From Octopus bimaculoides (lineage: Eukaryota), in contig NC_068987.1 in assembly GCF_001194135.2 (NCBI RefSeq), positions 89,558,581-89,622,580 of the forward strand: DNA of 64,000 nucleotides. Direction: 5' to 3'. Every line of letters begins with the position of its first letter. Positions within the stretch are counted from its first letter, which is position 1. Below the pieces are notes generated by a model. That model did not search any database, was not told the origin of the DNA, and was given only the letters and a program-made list of their open reading frames with translations. Positions 32,082-44,126 of this stretch are shown here, piece after piece. The position numbers were made by a program, and so were the translations under genes.

Positions 32082-35000
32082 CTGAGATAAGAATATTTAA
32101 ATAATTTATTTACTGATAAAAAATACTTCAGTGATATCTGCATAAAAATCAATGAGTGACAGTATTAATGTAATCAATATAGAGATCATGGAAATGTTTA
32201 TCGGAAATAATTAGGCAGTGAGTAAAATAAGCAAATCTAGTCATTGACTGGTTTTGTTTTGTTTTGTTTTTTTTTTAGCAAGTAATGGAGACAACTTCCA
32301 CACTTTTAGTAGTATTTGACCTTCCTTATTTTTAATACATCTATTCACATCATGAGTGACTGATTTAAAAAAAAATGCCAAAGAAAACCGAAAAAGAACT
32401 GCTAAATGAATCAGTGATAAATGAATGATAGAATATATGGGAGAATAGGTTTCTTTCTGAGACCCCAAATTGTACCCCTAACTTACCAAAATAACTCCTC
32501 CAGATAGTTTTTAAATTCTCATAATATTATTTCATGGTTGGAATATGTAGGGTAAAATTTAATAACATATGATCAGTAAATAATAAAAAAAAAAATTGCT
32601 GAAAAATATAACAAGCAGAATCTTTGACTGACTGCTGACCAGTGTTATCACAGATCAATTTCTATAAGCATAACATAATTCACAATTGATTGTACCATGT
32701 TATCCTGGATCAGTGGTGAATGAATCAGTGATAAATGAGGATAGATGTAATATGGTGACAACTGTTAAGTTAGAATGAACAGAGTTATCTCCCACACTTC
32801 ACTAATAGTTGATAGTTGAAGTAGAATTCAATCGAAGATTATATTTGTATATCAAATCTACGTAAGGGCATTATTAATAAGAAGAAATGTTTTCATTTGT
32901 TTTAATCTACACTTCTATGATCTAAGTCAATGATTCCTAATCTTTTTTGCATCTTGGACCAGTTTCAAGTAAAACAATTTTTCTACTTGCGTAACAACAC
33001 AAAGCTGGCAGAAACGTTAGCACGCAGGGCGAAATGCTTAGTGGTATTTTGTCAGCCATTACGTTTTGAGTTTAAATTCCGCCGAGGTCAACTTTGCCTT
33101 TCATCCTTTCAGGGTAGGTTAAATAAGAACCCGCTATGCACTGGAGTCGATGTAATCGACTTAATCCTATTTGTCTGTTCTTGTTTGTCCCCTCTATGTT
33201 TAGCCCCCTGTGGACAATAAAGACATAGATATATAATTTAATCATTGTATATATAATGTATATATAACGCAAAAACACCCTGTAGACTGTGTTTTTGCGT
33301 CCACAAGAACTTTCTTGATTATGTAATACTAAAGAATTTAGTCTCTTACTATATTTTGGCAGCACTCTCATTGCTTTTGTTTAACTTCAGGCCAGTCTTG
33401 GAGAAGCAAATCTATGATCAAAGATTTTATAGCACAGTGGTATAACTTGTGTGCGATTCCTTGTTGGCAACGGCATTTCGGACATTCTATCCATGACCTC
33501 TCAGACAACAACCCAGAGAGACTGTTTGTGAAGATGGAACAATCACTATGTAGTGTGTGTGTAGGTATATGTGTATGTTTGAGTGCATGTGTGTGTGTTA
33601 CTGTTTCCTGGCTTTGACTTCATGTGATAGTTGTACACAAATGTCACCAGGATGCAAGCAGTGTCCTTCATTTCCAATCTTCCATGGAAACATGATTGGT
33701 CATGGGGAAGCATTAGCTTACTCGGAAACAGATGAGGGTTGGTGACAGGAAAGGCACCTGGCCGTATAAAATTTGCCTCAACAAATTCCGTCTGACCCAC
33801 ACAAACATGGAAAATGATGATGATGGAAGATTATTAATGGCGGATAACTTGCAAAACCTAATAAAATATTTACCAGTAATTTTTTTCGTTCTTTGCATAA
33901 ATAATCATACTGTGACTTTTGTTCACTTATGTGTTTCCATAAAATAATGTTATCAAACATAATATCTTGACGTCTTCTTTCTCGATTTCTTTGTCCACCA
34001 GTACTAAAAAAAAACAAAAAAAAAAAACTCAAGACTTAGGGACCACTGTGAACTTCATGTAAATAGAACAACGATAGGTCAACTTTGGTAAGGGCTTTCA
34101 TTGCCAAACTGTATCTTTAAGACTAGCATGGAAAGCGGACATTAAATGATGATAATGATGATGACAGATATGGAAAACAATCATAGGAAGATGGTATTGG
34201 GTATTATTTGTAATAGAATTGGAAAAATGATCTATATGGTAAAAAAGGCAAATGGACAAGGGTTTGATTTCAAAAGACATGCAAACCACTTGAGAAAAAA
34301 ATACACCAAGGATAATAATAAAAGAATTGAAGAACTGATGGAGTTTATGTACACTATGTTTGAAGTACCATTACCAAATAAAACTGACACACTCATTCGG
34401 AGCAGTACTAGGGAGAGGAAATTTCCAGAACTTTTAATGGTTGACCCAAAGAGGAAAAAAGGTTGAACTCCGTTTGGAGTTAATTTTTTTTTTAAAGTGG
34501 AGATCATCATCATCATTTAACGTCCGCTTTCCATGCTAGCATGGGTTGTACTATTTGACTGGGGACTGGCGAATCATCCAACCCATGCTAGCATGGAAAG
34601 CGGACGTTAAATGATGATGATGAACTCCAAACAGAGTTCAAAAAATTAAAAAACAAAATGTGTACACCCACACTCTCTGAGAAGTGTATAGTTTAAAAGG
34701 GGAGATGTTGTGGAGTGAACTGACTCACTCGCATGTGAATGTCAGTGGACTGGATGTGTCTTACAAAAGACGAGTCAGTAGATAGTTGAGGTCGAACTGA
34801 GAGAGTGTTAGTCTCGTTATTGTTTCTGTTCTAGAGTATTGGATTGTTATTGTGCAAATGGTTATAATAAGATAACCAACTCTTGTTACATTGTTTATTG
34901 TTATACTATTATATTTGACACTGTAATATATTGTTATACACACACATGATATATTGTCACTAACAATATAACAACTATTGCTATTATTATTATTATTGAA

Positions 35001-36086
35001 GTGTTAACAATAACTAACCATTGTTTCCACCTATTCCAGTCGGACTTCCAGCAGTCTACTTCGGCTTTCTTGGTGGTTAATGTGTCTGAAAGTTGGCGGT
35101 TAGCTTTTTCAATTGCTAAGTAATGTTGTCCTTCTCTCTAAAAATAACAAATTTATGCAAATTATTAGAATTTAACATAAATATTTTTTGATTATAACAA
35201 TTAAAATAATTCAAAATTCTTGTAATCTGAACTCTAGGATTTTTTTCTAAAAGAAAAAAAGGAAGTGAAGCAAGACTTATTGAACTGGAATTTTGTAAAG
35301 AGTATTTACTCCAGTCAAGGGGCTGAAATGGGATTCTTCCAAAGGATCTCTGGAGTAATATCAAGAGGATATTAGGGGATTGCTCCATGTGAAACCACTG
35401 CTCTCTGCATCGAGAGGTTACAGTTCCAGTAATTAGAGTGTTGCAGGAAAGGGTTGAAAGACACATTCTTCAAGCCAAGCCAACAAGCAAGAAACCTAGG
35501 GGTAGACTAAGAATGAGATGGTTGAATAATATCCATAATCTCGGTTGGCCATGCTTGGGAATCCAGCCATAAAGAGTAATGACAGAACCCTTTCAAGGAC
35601 TCTACCGCCAATGACCCTCCCAGATATAATGGTCTGAGGAAATGAATGAATGGGAGTCAGTCGATTATGTATGACAGTAAATAACTATATTGATTATGCG
35701 AATATAATTAAACCTCAAATACCTTTAATACATCCAGCTTGAATGCCAGATTCCGATGTGGATTGGGTGTCTTGTTGTCAATTTTTGATTTGGCTGTACG
35801 AAATAAACAAAAATATTTTTATAAAATGAAAACTGAAGTTTATTTATCAGGCTATCAATAGTCAATTTTATTTTTGGTTCTTATGGGAGCAACTGTCTTC
35901 GAAGACTCATTTGTTGTTCAGTGCTTGAAATGAAGAGTAGATAGACAGCTGACAACTGATGAAGGGTCGTTCTTTATGTTACTTGTCCTGTTTTCCATTT
36001 GTTTCTCTTGTTGTTTGCATATCGAACTCATTTATTTTCGTATTTCATGTTGTTTACTGTTGGTGACGTCCTGTACCCATATATGC

Positions 36087-36128
<42 letters not shown>

Positions 36129-36185
36129 ATATATATATATTATTTATATTATTATTTGATTGAACGTCATGCATCCATTTCCAAG

Positions 36186-36216
<31 letters not shown>

Positions 36217-36226
36217 NNNNNNNNNN

Positions 36227-36279
<53 letters not shown>

Positions 36280-36788
36280 TATTGGGTATAGTTTATACTT
36301 ATATAAAGAGTACCACAACCACCACCAACACCATCATCACTCCCTGGACATTACAGTCTTGTGTCCTAAGACTCATAGTTACCTGGTTTCCATGGTTTAT
36401 AAGTGACCAAGATCACAGAACTCCCCTTGAATGTCCATCTCATGATTACTTATTTACAGCTGAGTGGACTGGACCAATGTGAAATGAAGAACACAAAGTT
36501 TTGTCTGGTCCAGAAATAAAACACATGATTTTGCATTTGTTAGGGAAACATCTCAACCACAAAGCCTATATTCTAAAATATCAAGAGGAAAACTGCTTTT
36601 AATCCCAGTTATTAAGCAAACTATCAGCTTTAAAGTTTACCTTTCAACACAAAACTTCGATGTATGGCGTACATTTCTTTATAATATTTGATTTCAGTGA
36701 AATTCTGTCGTCCAAATGCTACTCTCTGGAATGGTGGTAAAAAAACAGGTTGCTTAAGTGTTTTTGACAAACTTAAGTGCCTTGCCAT
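31740..36788 (-). CDS. CFAP97D1: CFAP97-domain (KIAA1430/Hemingway family) protein, CFAP97D1-like, 5 coding exons, 269 aa
   Basis: complement(join(31740..32081,33874..34003,35019..35137,35723..35793,36641..36788)) = 810 nt, no internal stop, GT-AG introns in phase (1,0,2,0), with an in-frame TAA upstream of the ATG. HRSFVLKAKSKIDNKTPNPH...KLDVLKRE...IEKANRQL...AEVDCW...RNRERRRQDIMFDNIILWKHISEQKSQYD follows the CFAP97D1 pattern as I recall it (AKPTVDTKPP, IEYENKQL, AKVDCW, RNRELVRITMEN, KPHYD). Confidence 0.8.
33874..34003 (-). CDS. CFAP97D1: CFAP97D-like coding exon 4
   Basis: poly-T ag|; (C)TGGQRNRERRRQDIMFDNIILWKHISEQKSQYDYLCKERKKLL; |gtaaat, phase 2 to 0. Confidence 0.85.
34170..34973 (+). 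mobile_element. Gypsy (Mag/K02A2.6-like) 3' remnant: integrase C-terminus, PPT and 3' LTR
   Basis: GIICNRIGKMIYMVKKANG...KRHANHLRKKY...IRSSTRERKFPELLMVDPKRK* (integrase C-terminal G..Y.V...RH.NQLR and RRSTR.R..P motifs). Polypurine tract AAAAGGGGAGA at 34695-34705 directly precedes TGTTGTGGAG...CAATATAACA (34706-34973). Confidence 0.75.
34504..34623. repeat. Fold-back of two RTE 3' tails (perfect 45-bp inverted repeat)
   Basis: 34504-34548 is the exact reverse complement of 34579-34623, with a 30-nt loop. Confidence 0.9.
35019..35137 (-). CDS. CFAP97D1: CFAP97D-like coding exon 3
   Basis: tttttag|; REGQHYLAIEKANRQLSDTLTTKKAEVDCWKSDWNRWKQ; |gttagt, phase 0 to 2. Confidence 0.85.
35290..35650 (+). 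mobile_element. Degenerate LINE 3' end (second RTE-type family)
   Basis: AEMGFFQRISG...ILQAKPTSKKPRGRLRMRWLNNI, ending in GAATGAATG. A related piece lies at ~42300-42495. Confidence 0.65.
35723..35793 (-). CDS. CFAP97D1: CFAP97D-like coding exon 2
   Basis: tcgtacag|; (A)KSKIDNKTPNPHRNLAFKLDVLK; |gtattt, phase 1 to 0. Confidence 0.85.
36641..36788 (-). CDS. CFAP97D1: CFAP97D-like coding exon 1
   Basis: MARHLSLSKTLKQPVFLPPFQRVAFGRQNFTEIKYYKEMYAIHRSFVLK; G|gtaaac. An acceptor ttacttcag| at 36831 implies an upstream 5' UTR exon. Confidence 0.8.
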
Positions 36789-37637
36789 TATCGAAAATAG
36801 TACTTTGTTTTAGTCTCATCAAAACAATAAACTGAAGTAATAAGACCTACTGATAGTAATAAGGCTTATTTCTGAAACCTGTTTTCATCTACACTAAAAG
36901 TTATGACAAATAATTTTCTGGTGGCAAAAGACATGATGTCATAAACACTGATGACATCATAATAATGTCATAATGATGGCCCAAGAAAGAATTTCACTTG
37001 GATATCACAGCAAAAGTATAACAGGGAAAATAAAGTCATTTATTCAGATAAAATTTATAAGGTAATTTTTTTTTTACTTGTCACGTTTATCTTTTACTTG
37101 TTTCAGTCATTGGACTGTTGGCATGCTGGAGCATCACCTTGAAGAATTCTTAGTTGAACAAATTGCTTCTGGAACTATTTTTTGAAGTTTGAGACCTATT
37201 CTGTTTCTTTAGCTTAATTACTTAGTCACATAGATGTAAACAAACCAACACCACTTGTCTAGTATTGTATGGTGGTGGGGGATAAACACAATGGACTCTC
37301 AAACATTACAGAACCCTTTTTTGGATTATTTCTAGTTTTATTTTTATATTTATTATAATGAGATTATATGAATTGGTAGAATCAGGAGAGCACTGGACAA
37401 AATGTCATGTGTTATACGAGCTTATATTCTCCTGATCTTTATGATCGAATCCCATCACGGATGATTTTGTTTTCTATCCTTTTTTCGAGCCACAGGACTC
37501 GTAAGACCAGTTGCCTGGTTTCCTTCGCTTATAAGTGACTGAGATCACAACATTACCCCTTAATGGGATGCCGGTCTGTTGTAGAGTTCAAGGACAAGAA
37601 TTTTAGAGGGGAGGGGGCAAGTAGATTACGTCTGGTA

Positions 37638-38025
37638 CAGTGACACCTCGCAGTACGAGTTTAATTCGTTTCATGACCGAGCTCATCTCACGATTTACTC
37701 ATTTTGCAAATCAATTTTCTCCATTGAAATTAACTAAAATATAATTAATCCATTCCAGCCCCTAAAAACCACTCAAAAATAATTTTTTATAGGTTTTAAA
37801 ACAGAAAAGGTGTAGTTACAAGTAAACTGACAATTTTTTAAAAAAGAGAACGCAAAAAAAATATGTAAACTGGTTTTATTGACTGAATTACTTTAAAAGA
37901 TGGGACAATTTATGTGCTCGAACTGCGGATTTCCGCCCGCACTTCCAGACAAAAATTCGCACGAGTCTCGGCTCGTACAGCAAATTACATGTACAATGGG
38001 ACACTCGTACTGCGAGGGTCTACTG
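37638..38025. mobile_element. pogo/Tigger-type Tc1-mariner MITE, 388 bp
   Basis: TA|CAGTGACACCTCGCAGTACGAGT ... ACTCGTACTGCGAGGGTCTACTG|TA: 23-bp TIRs and a TA target duplication. Confidence 0.85.
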
Positions 38026-39299
38026 TACTTTATTTTATCAACCTGAAAGGGATGAAAACGAAAGTTGACTTCGGTGGGATTCGAATTCAGATCATAAAGA
38101 ACCATAAGAAATACTGTTAAGCATTTTGTCTAATGTACGAAGGATTTTGCCCCCCCCCCTTTTTTTTGTTTTGTTTTGCTTTTGTGTTCTTTTAAAGATG
38201 ATGAAATGAAGTTTGAGATCATTTTTCAAATATTCGTGACCATAGGTAAGGAAAACCGAAATGAAGATAGCAATTTCATAATTAAAAACATCACATACCA
38301 TGACCCGTATGTCACCTTCCTTTTAGATATTGTGTTATATATAATTACCTTTGTGATAGACAACTAACACATTATAATTTACACATTTAATCAATAATCA
38401 ATTACCAGTATTAATACAAAAAATTAAAATTCTCCCAACCTTTTAGAGTTACATATCTTCCTACACTATCATTATTTTCTATAAATATTATCTATTTTGT
38501 GCAAATTCTTAAATTACTAAGAAGTAAGTTAGCTTCCAATCTTGAGTTGGATTATAAGAAACCATAGGATTATATATTTTTTTCCTGTTAAACCAAATCA
38601 AAAGTTGCCTTCGCTAAATATCTTCAGAGTTATGCCCCTTATAATGTGTTTTTTTTTTTATAATGCTCAATAGTTTTACAAAATTAAATTAGAAAATTAG
38701 ACGAAACAGAGAGCACAATTGAAAAAAATTAAAAATTAAGAAAGAGGGAAAGAGAGATAGATAGATAGATAGATAGAGATAGAGAGAGAGAGAAGAGCAT
38801 TATCAAAATATATACTATTCTTAAAATTGTTTTTTTTCTGAGATTTTTCCATGACGTTAAGTTTCCTAACTTGATTTGATTATAAAAATTAATAGTAGTC
38901 CCCACCCACGTTTAAAAAATTTTTTTAACTCTGCCTTTTTCTGCTGGGAAAGGCGAAATTGTAACCTCAGGGCCTATTTGTACAGTGAGGTTCAGTCAGT
39001 ATTAACCTACCTACCAGCATACCTGCCTGTTTGTGTGTGTGTTATGAGACGCTCGTTTGTAGGCTCAGACGTGGCTGTGCAATTGAGAAACTTGCTTCCC
39101 AACCATTATCTCCCTTCTAAGACATTCAACCTTTTTCAGCACCAAAATGTTTCCGACTGTCGTTTAATATGTGGGCATTCAACATTTCTGGCGAAATCTC
39201 TAGAATATTTTTGTCGTATCATCAATACGTCGTGATGATTCAAGCATCATAGATACAAAGCTTAGTGGACAGTTCAGATCTCTGACTCACCTGACTCGT

Positions 39300-39800
39300 T
39301 TCTCCAGAACCCATAACACAAGTGAAGCCTTCTTTAGTTAATTTCCGAACCTGGGGACTTTACCTACAAGCAGAGCTGCTAAGATGCACAAAATGCATTA
39401 CATCAAGCCCATTCCTTTGGACAAGTATATTTGATTCCAATTAGGTTTCTCTTAGAGCAGGTGAAGTCTCACCTTAGCTTTCGGTAGAAAAAGTTATTTT
39501 CTGAATATATTATTCCGAGTGAGCCACGAGATCACAACCACCAGACATACAACAAATTGTAAATAAGAGTTATACAAGTCTTTGATTTAGCTTTGGAACG
39601 ATTCGGTTTAACTATTATGATTGAGGATAAAGATGTTGAGTCTGCAGTCTTTGAAATAATGAAAAAATGTAACTGCTGCTATGTAGATGGAAAACAAAGT
39701 TGGTGCAGGTATATCCTCCTGTTTAAAACCATCCTCCATTGAAATCAATTCCAGCATCATTCGAGTTGAAATTGTCCTTTATATCAGTGTGTAATTAGTT
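39300..39800 (-). mobile_element. Highly decayed LINE reverse-transcriptase fragment
   Basis: The - strand gives DGFKQEDIPAPTLFSIY, similar to the GVKQGCVLAPTLFSI motif. The rest is heavily mutated. Confidence 0.45.
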
Positions 39801-40329
39801 GAACAAACAAATAGACAAATTATTACAAATCTCAGCTTTCCCAACATTCTTTATTTGGTGTCTAAAATTCAAAGATATAGTTTTAAATGGTACCCTGCTG
39901 GTGAAGTTGTCTTACATAATTTTTCGTTATTATATGTAGATATATAAGGGTTTCAAATTTTGGCACAACGCCAGCAATTTCGGAGGAGGGGGAAAATCGA
40001 TTACATCAACGATTCTGCCAAAAAATTATGTAAAACAACCTCACTATTAGACTATATATGGGGTATAAGGCCTAAAGGTTTTAAGCACCTAATACTGTAT
40101 ATAAACTACCTCTCCAACTAATTTAACACATTTGGTTGCTACTTCTATGATGGCAACGTCTGTCAATAATCTATTAATGTTACATATAAAGGTCTCCGAG
40201 GATTTGACAATGCCTTCTGATTAAGTAATTTACATTATATATAAACTGATCATTCTCTGTTAATGAAATGTACGTAAGCTGATGTAACTAAATATTTTAT
40301 AAGCAATTTCTCGTGTTGCGTTTTGTTTT

Positions 40330-40810
40330 CTACATGTATGCAGTGACATACCCAATGTCCGAATTGATACCAATCCTTTTCTCAGTCATCTCCTACTGCT
40401 GTTAAAGTAATATTTACACTTTTCCAGCATCCTCCACTTGATGTCATAATGCGCAGCATTTCTCTTCAATGTCCATATACCTCGTTAGAGATATAACATT
40501 TTTCCTGTCGTAGATGTTAAATTACGAGAACTTGTGGTTGTTGAATGTGATCTTTAAGGAACCATTTGTCATGCCCACATTTTTTGCACATCTATCATTT
40601 CATATGGATCCTTTGATACCATTTCCGCTTCGTATGCAAGGGTTCCTGTATTGCGATGGCCGTTAAGTGGACATGCGGTGTTACATCTGCACGAGCAGCC
40701 TGTCTCTATTTCAGGTTTGGGTCTACATACTATTTCTCTCAGCCTCTCTGATGATAGCCAGGGTCATTGTAACTCCGGTATGAAACCGATTTGTAAAGTG
40801 GCTGGCATGA
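40330..40810 (-). mobile_element. Penelope-like element GIY-YIG endonuclease relic
   Basis: GCSCRCNTACPLNG...TLAYEAEM, then ITFNNHKFS and WTLKRNAAHYDIKWRMLEK: the PLE CNCR...CPL.G and IW.LK...IKW.I motifs, with frameshifts. Confidence 0.7.
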
Positions 40811-41429
40811 GAGCATAACATTGTATTTTATTAATATATTTTTCAGTCATTAATAAGAACCAACACGTAGGATGCTGATCAAGTAATGGTAATAGTTTAT
40901 AGGTTTATCAATACTGAAGAAATATAATAAAATATTCATTGCTGAATCTCTATTTTTAGTTATTTTATACTGTTACTCTGTTATTTCAGAAAGTCAAATG
41001 ACATTGTCAAATTTTTTACATCTTATGAATCAATAATTTTCATCTTTTAAATTAAAACTAAAAGATGTTACACATAACAAATACAATCCTGTGTATAGAA
41101 GTCTTTTGTATAATTAGTGAGAACTATTTTCTCTGAACTGAGAATTAATACCAAAATGCCTCTAGTTCATTGTCTGGAGTGTGTACAAGATGAATAAGCA
41201 TTCTAATTAAACTTGGATTAATAAGCTTATTTAAATCTTAATAAAGACCACAGCTGATGGAAATGTAGCAGAAGAAATATTTGTAAGGAATAAAATATAA
41301 AATTGGAAATAAGAAAAACATATGTTTATTGTAGTGAGAGATGAAAAATAAAGAAAACTTAATATGTAAAAAATGCTAAATTTAAAATACAATGGAAAAG
41401 AATAGATTTTCCTGATGATACAAAGAGAA

Positions 41430-41745
41430 ACGAAAAACATATCACTATATCTGATATTCCTAACGTAGTCATACAAGAGAGAAGCTTTATCAGTACGATA
41501 TCTGTGGTGAATCAATAAGTTCCTTACCTACAGACAAATACATTCATGCAGAAAAGAAACCATATCAACGTAAATCATTATCTTAAAATGTCGACTTAAC
41601 TAAACACATGCATTCAAACAAGACAGAAGCCATATCACTGCGAGATATGGTAAGCTATCCTCTGTAAGTTATATCGTAATTGTACACAAATGTATTTGTA
41701 CAGGAGAGAAATTATTTCACTGTGATATCTATGGCAAATCAATTT
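41430..41745 (+). pseudogene. Decayed C2H2 zinc-finger array (4-5 fingers)
   Basis: HTREKLYQYDICGES (41470-41514), YIHAEKKPYQ, LTKHMH..KPYHCEI and CTGEKLFHCDIYGKS are HTGEKPYxCDICGKS derivatives with stops, frameshifts and lost Cys ligands. Confidence 0.8.
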
Positions 41746-41749
41746 CTCC

Positions 41750-42245
41750 AAAACATATCATGAGTATGATGTTATCTGCGAATCAGAAGTGTTAGTTGCT
41801 CGCCATTGAGGTTCACCTATCCAGTTACTGACCATTTCTAGTCATGCAGAGAAGAGCTTTGGAGAGATGGTATCTTCGTGTTTGACGTCCTTTTCATTTG
41901 GAACTCTTACGAGTGGCGACATCAAAGCGATACTGGTGGTGCATCTGGAGTTCGCGTCTCTGAGCAGTTTGTTGTATTGTACCTCGACTCGTTGCATTTT
42001 TACTGCATTCATCTTGATGCAATTGGAAGCCTTTTCGTAGTTGATGAAAGCGATACATAGTGGCAGCCTGCTTTTTTTTTAGCTCATTGTATAAGCTGTT
42101 GGAGTGAGTATATGATCCATTGCACTATTTTTCTTATCGAAACCTGCTTGCTCATTTGGTTGCCGGTTGTTGAGATGTTTCAGTAGTCTGGTAACTGTAA
42201 CCTTTGCAAATAGTTTGTGGAGGTGACACAAGTGGCATAGGGACT
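41750..42245 (-). mobile_element. RTE LINE reverse-transcriptase fragment
   Basis: QPNEQAGFDKKNSAMDHIL...LPLCIAFINYEKA...HEDTISPKLFSA...FADNIIL (RTE motifs EQAGFR, QGDTISPKLF, FADD). Confidence 0.8.
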
Positions 42246-43196
42246 GATAATTTCTTAGATATTTATTATCTTTCTAGTAATGCAAAATGGTATTCGACTC
42301 TTTCGGTTGAAGTGAAAAACGAGGATTTTCCAAGAGCGAGATGGTTGAATAATATCCAGTCTCGGTTTCACTTAGGGATCTAGCTGGAAACTGCAATGAT
42401 GGTTGTTTCTGATAGGACTCTTTTAAGACAGTGCCTGAGGGCTCTAACCCCACAACCCTCCCAGGAACAATGGGCAGCAAAAATGGATGAATGGAGAAAG
42501 TTATGAAGAAACAAAGTTAATGTGGGGTAGGAGGACACGGTTACGACGACGAGGGTTCCAGTTGATCCAATCAACGGAACAGCCTGCTTGTGAAATTAAC
42601 GTGCAAGTGGCTAAGCACTCCACAGACATGTGTATCCTTAACATAGTTCTCAAGGAGATTCAGCGTGACAAAGTTGGCCCTTTTGAAATACAGGTACAAC
42701 AGAAACAGAAAGAAAGAGTGAGAGAAAGTTGTGGTGAAAAGAGTACAGCAGGGTTCGCCACCACCCCCTGCTGGAGCCACGGTCTGGGAATCGAAACCGC
42801 AATCCCACGACCGCGAGTCCTCTGTCCTAACTACTGGGCTATTGCGCCTCCACTCAGAATGTATAAACTTCAAAGCAGTAACATAGTTTTTAATTCATAC
42901 AAAACATACAAGACTTTACAATGCCAACTATTATCAAAGTATCGAATTAATCTTTTTTTTTTCTATCATGACGGAACTTAGAGAAAATGCATTGTGTGTT
43001 AGTATTTTTTTAAGTGTGTAAATTTTCAAGAGTTACACATAGGAATAGAGAATTTTAGGAAGAAACAGAGTTAGTTGTGTGACCTCTTTCATTCACTAGC
43101 ATAGCAAGAGGGGAGAGGTAGGGGCAGTACTTTTGGGTCTGCTATAGGTAATATGTGTTTTTTGTGGAGTCCGGGGTGGCAAACAGAAGGGCCGCC

Positions 43197-43743
43197 CCGG
43201 GTAGCGAAATTGTTTCCCACGAGAGTTCCGGACCCCAGTAATGAACTCATTTGCAGACAGCCAATCAGAGCTCACCTTGACCTTGTTGTCAAGTTAACAC
43301 ACTCCACCAAGTAAACTCAAGATGAAGAACGGTGTTGTAAGTTGACCGAGCGCCAAGTTATGCCTGATTTTAGGAGACAAGTAATTAGATTTGCATCTAT
43401 ACTTATTATTGGATTTTGTTAGGGACCCATATGGGGAAGATATGGATGGGAAAAATGTGGGTAGAGGGTGATGTGCTAGCAATCCTCTCCCTTTACTGCT
43501 TTACCAAGTGAACAACAACATAACTACGCAGAGGCAGCCATGGTTGGAAAAAAGGACCAGAGCAACAAGCATTCATAAAAGAGAAAAGAAGCATGGTCAT
43601 TCCTTACCCAAGTGGCCTTATCTTATCGTCCATCACTTGTTATGTGCTCATAAATTAGTTTGATAGTTGAGTTCTGATTGGCTGTATGCAAATGAGTTCA
43701 TAACTGGGATCCGGAACTCTCGTGGGAAAAAAATCACTCCCGG
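43197..43743. mobile_element. MITE-like element with ~80-bp TIRs
   Basis: TTTCCCACGAGAGTTCCGGACCCCAGTAATGAACTCATTTGCAGACAGCCAATCAGAGCTCA on the left, with its near-exact reverse complement at ~43665-43735. TSD not resolved. Confidence 0.65.
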
Positions 43744-44126
43744 ACAGCTCACACTCTAGCTATATTCTTTTACTTGTTTCAGTCATTTTGACTGCGGCCA
43801 TGCTGGAACACCGCCTTTAGTCGAGCAAATCGATCCCAGGACTTATTCTTTGTAAGCCTAGTACTTATTCTATCGGTCNNNNNNNNNNTCCCAGGACTTA
43901 TTCTTTGTAAGCCTAGTACTTATTCTATCGGTCTATTTTGCCGAACCGCTAAGTTACGGGGACGTAAACACACCAGCATCGGTTGTCAAACACAGACACA
44001 CACATACATACATATATATATATATAATAATTTTCCCAGAGGATGTAGCAACCGTTACCAATATAGCATAAGAACTTACCTTAGGAGATCATTAACTAGA
44101 TTCCTTAAGGGTCGTTCTCACAGTTT

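Noticed and set aside
34146-34466. Novel standalone 106-aa gene
   Set aside because: Better explained as a Gypsy integrase C-terminus, given the downstream PPT and LTR.
35115-35137. Alternative acceptor at 35115 for CFAP97D-like exon 3
   Set aside because: Poor pyrimidine tract and phase 1, incompatible with the phase-0 end of exon 2.
43826-43935. Direct repeat of ~45 bp on both sides of a 10-N gap
   Set aside because: Looks like unmerged contig overlap within one SINE, an assembly artefact.
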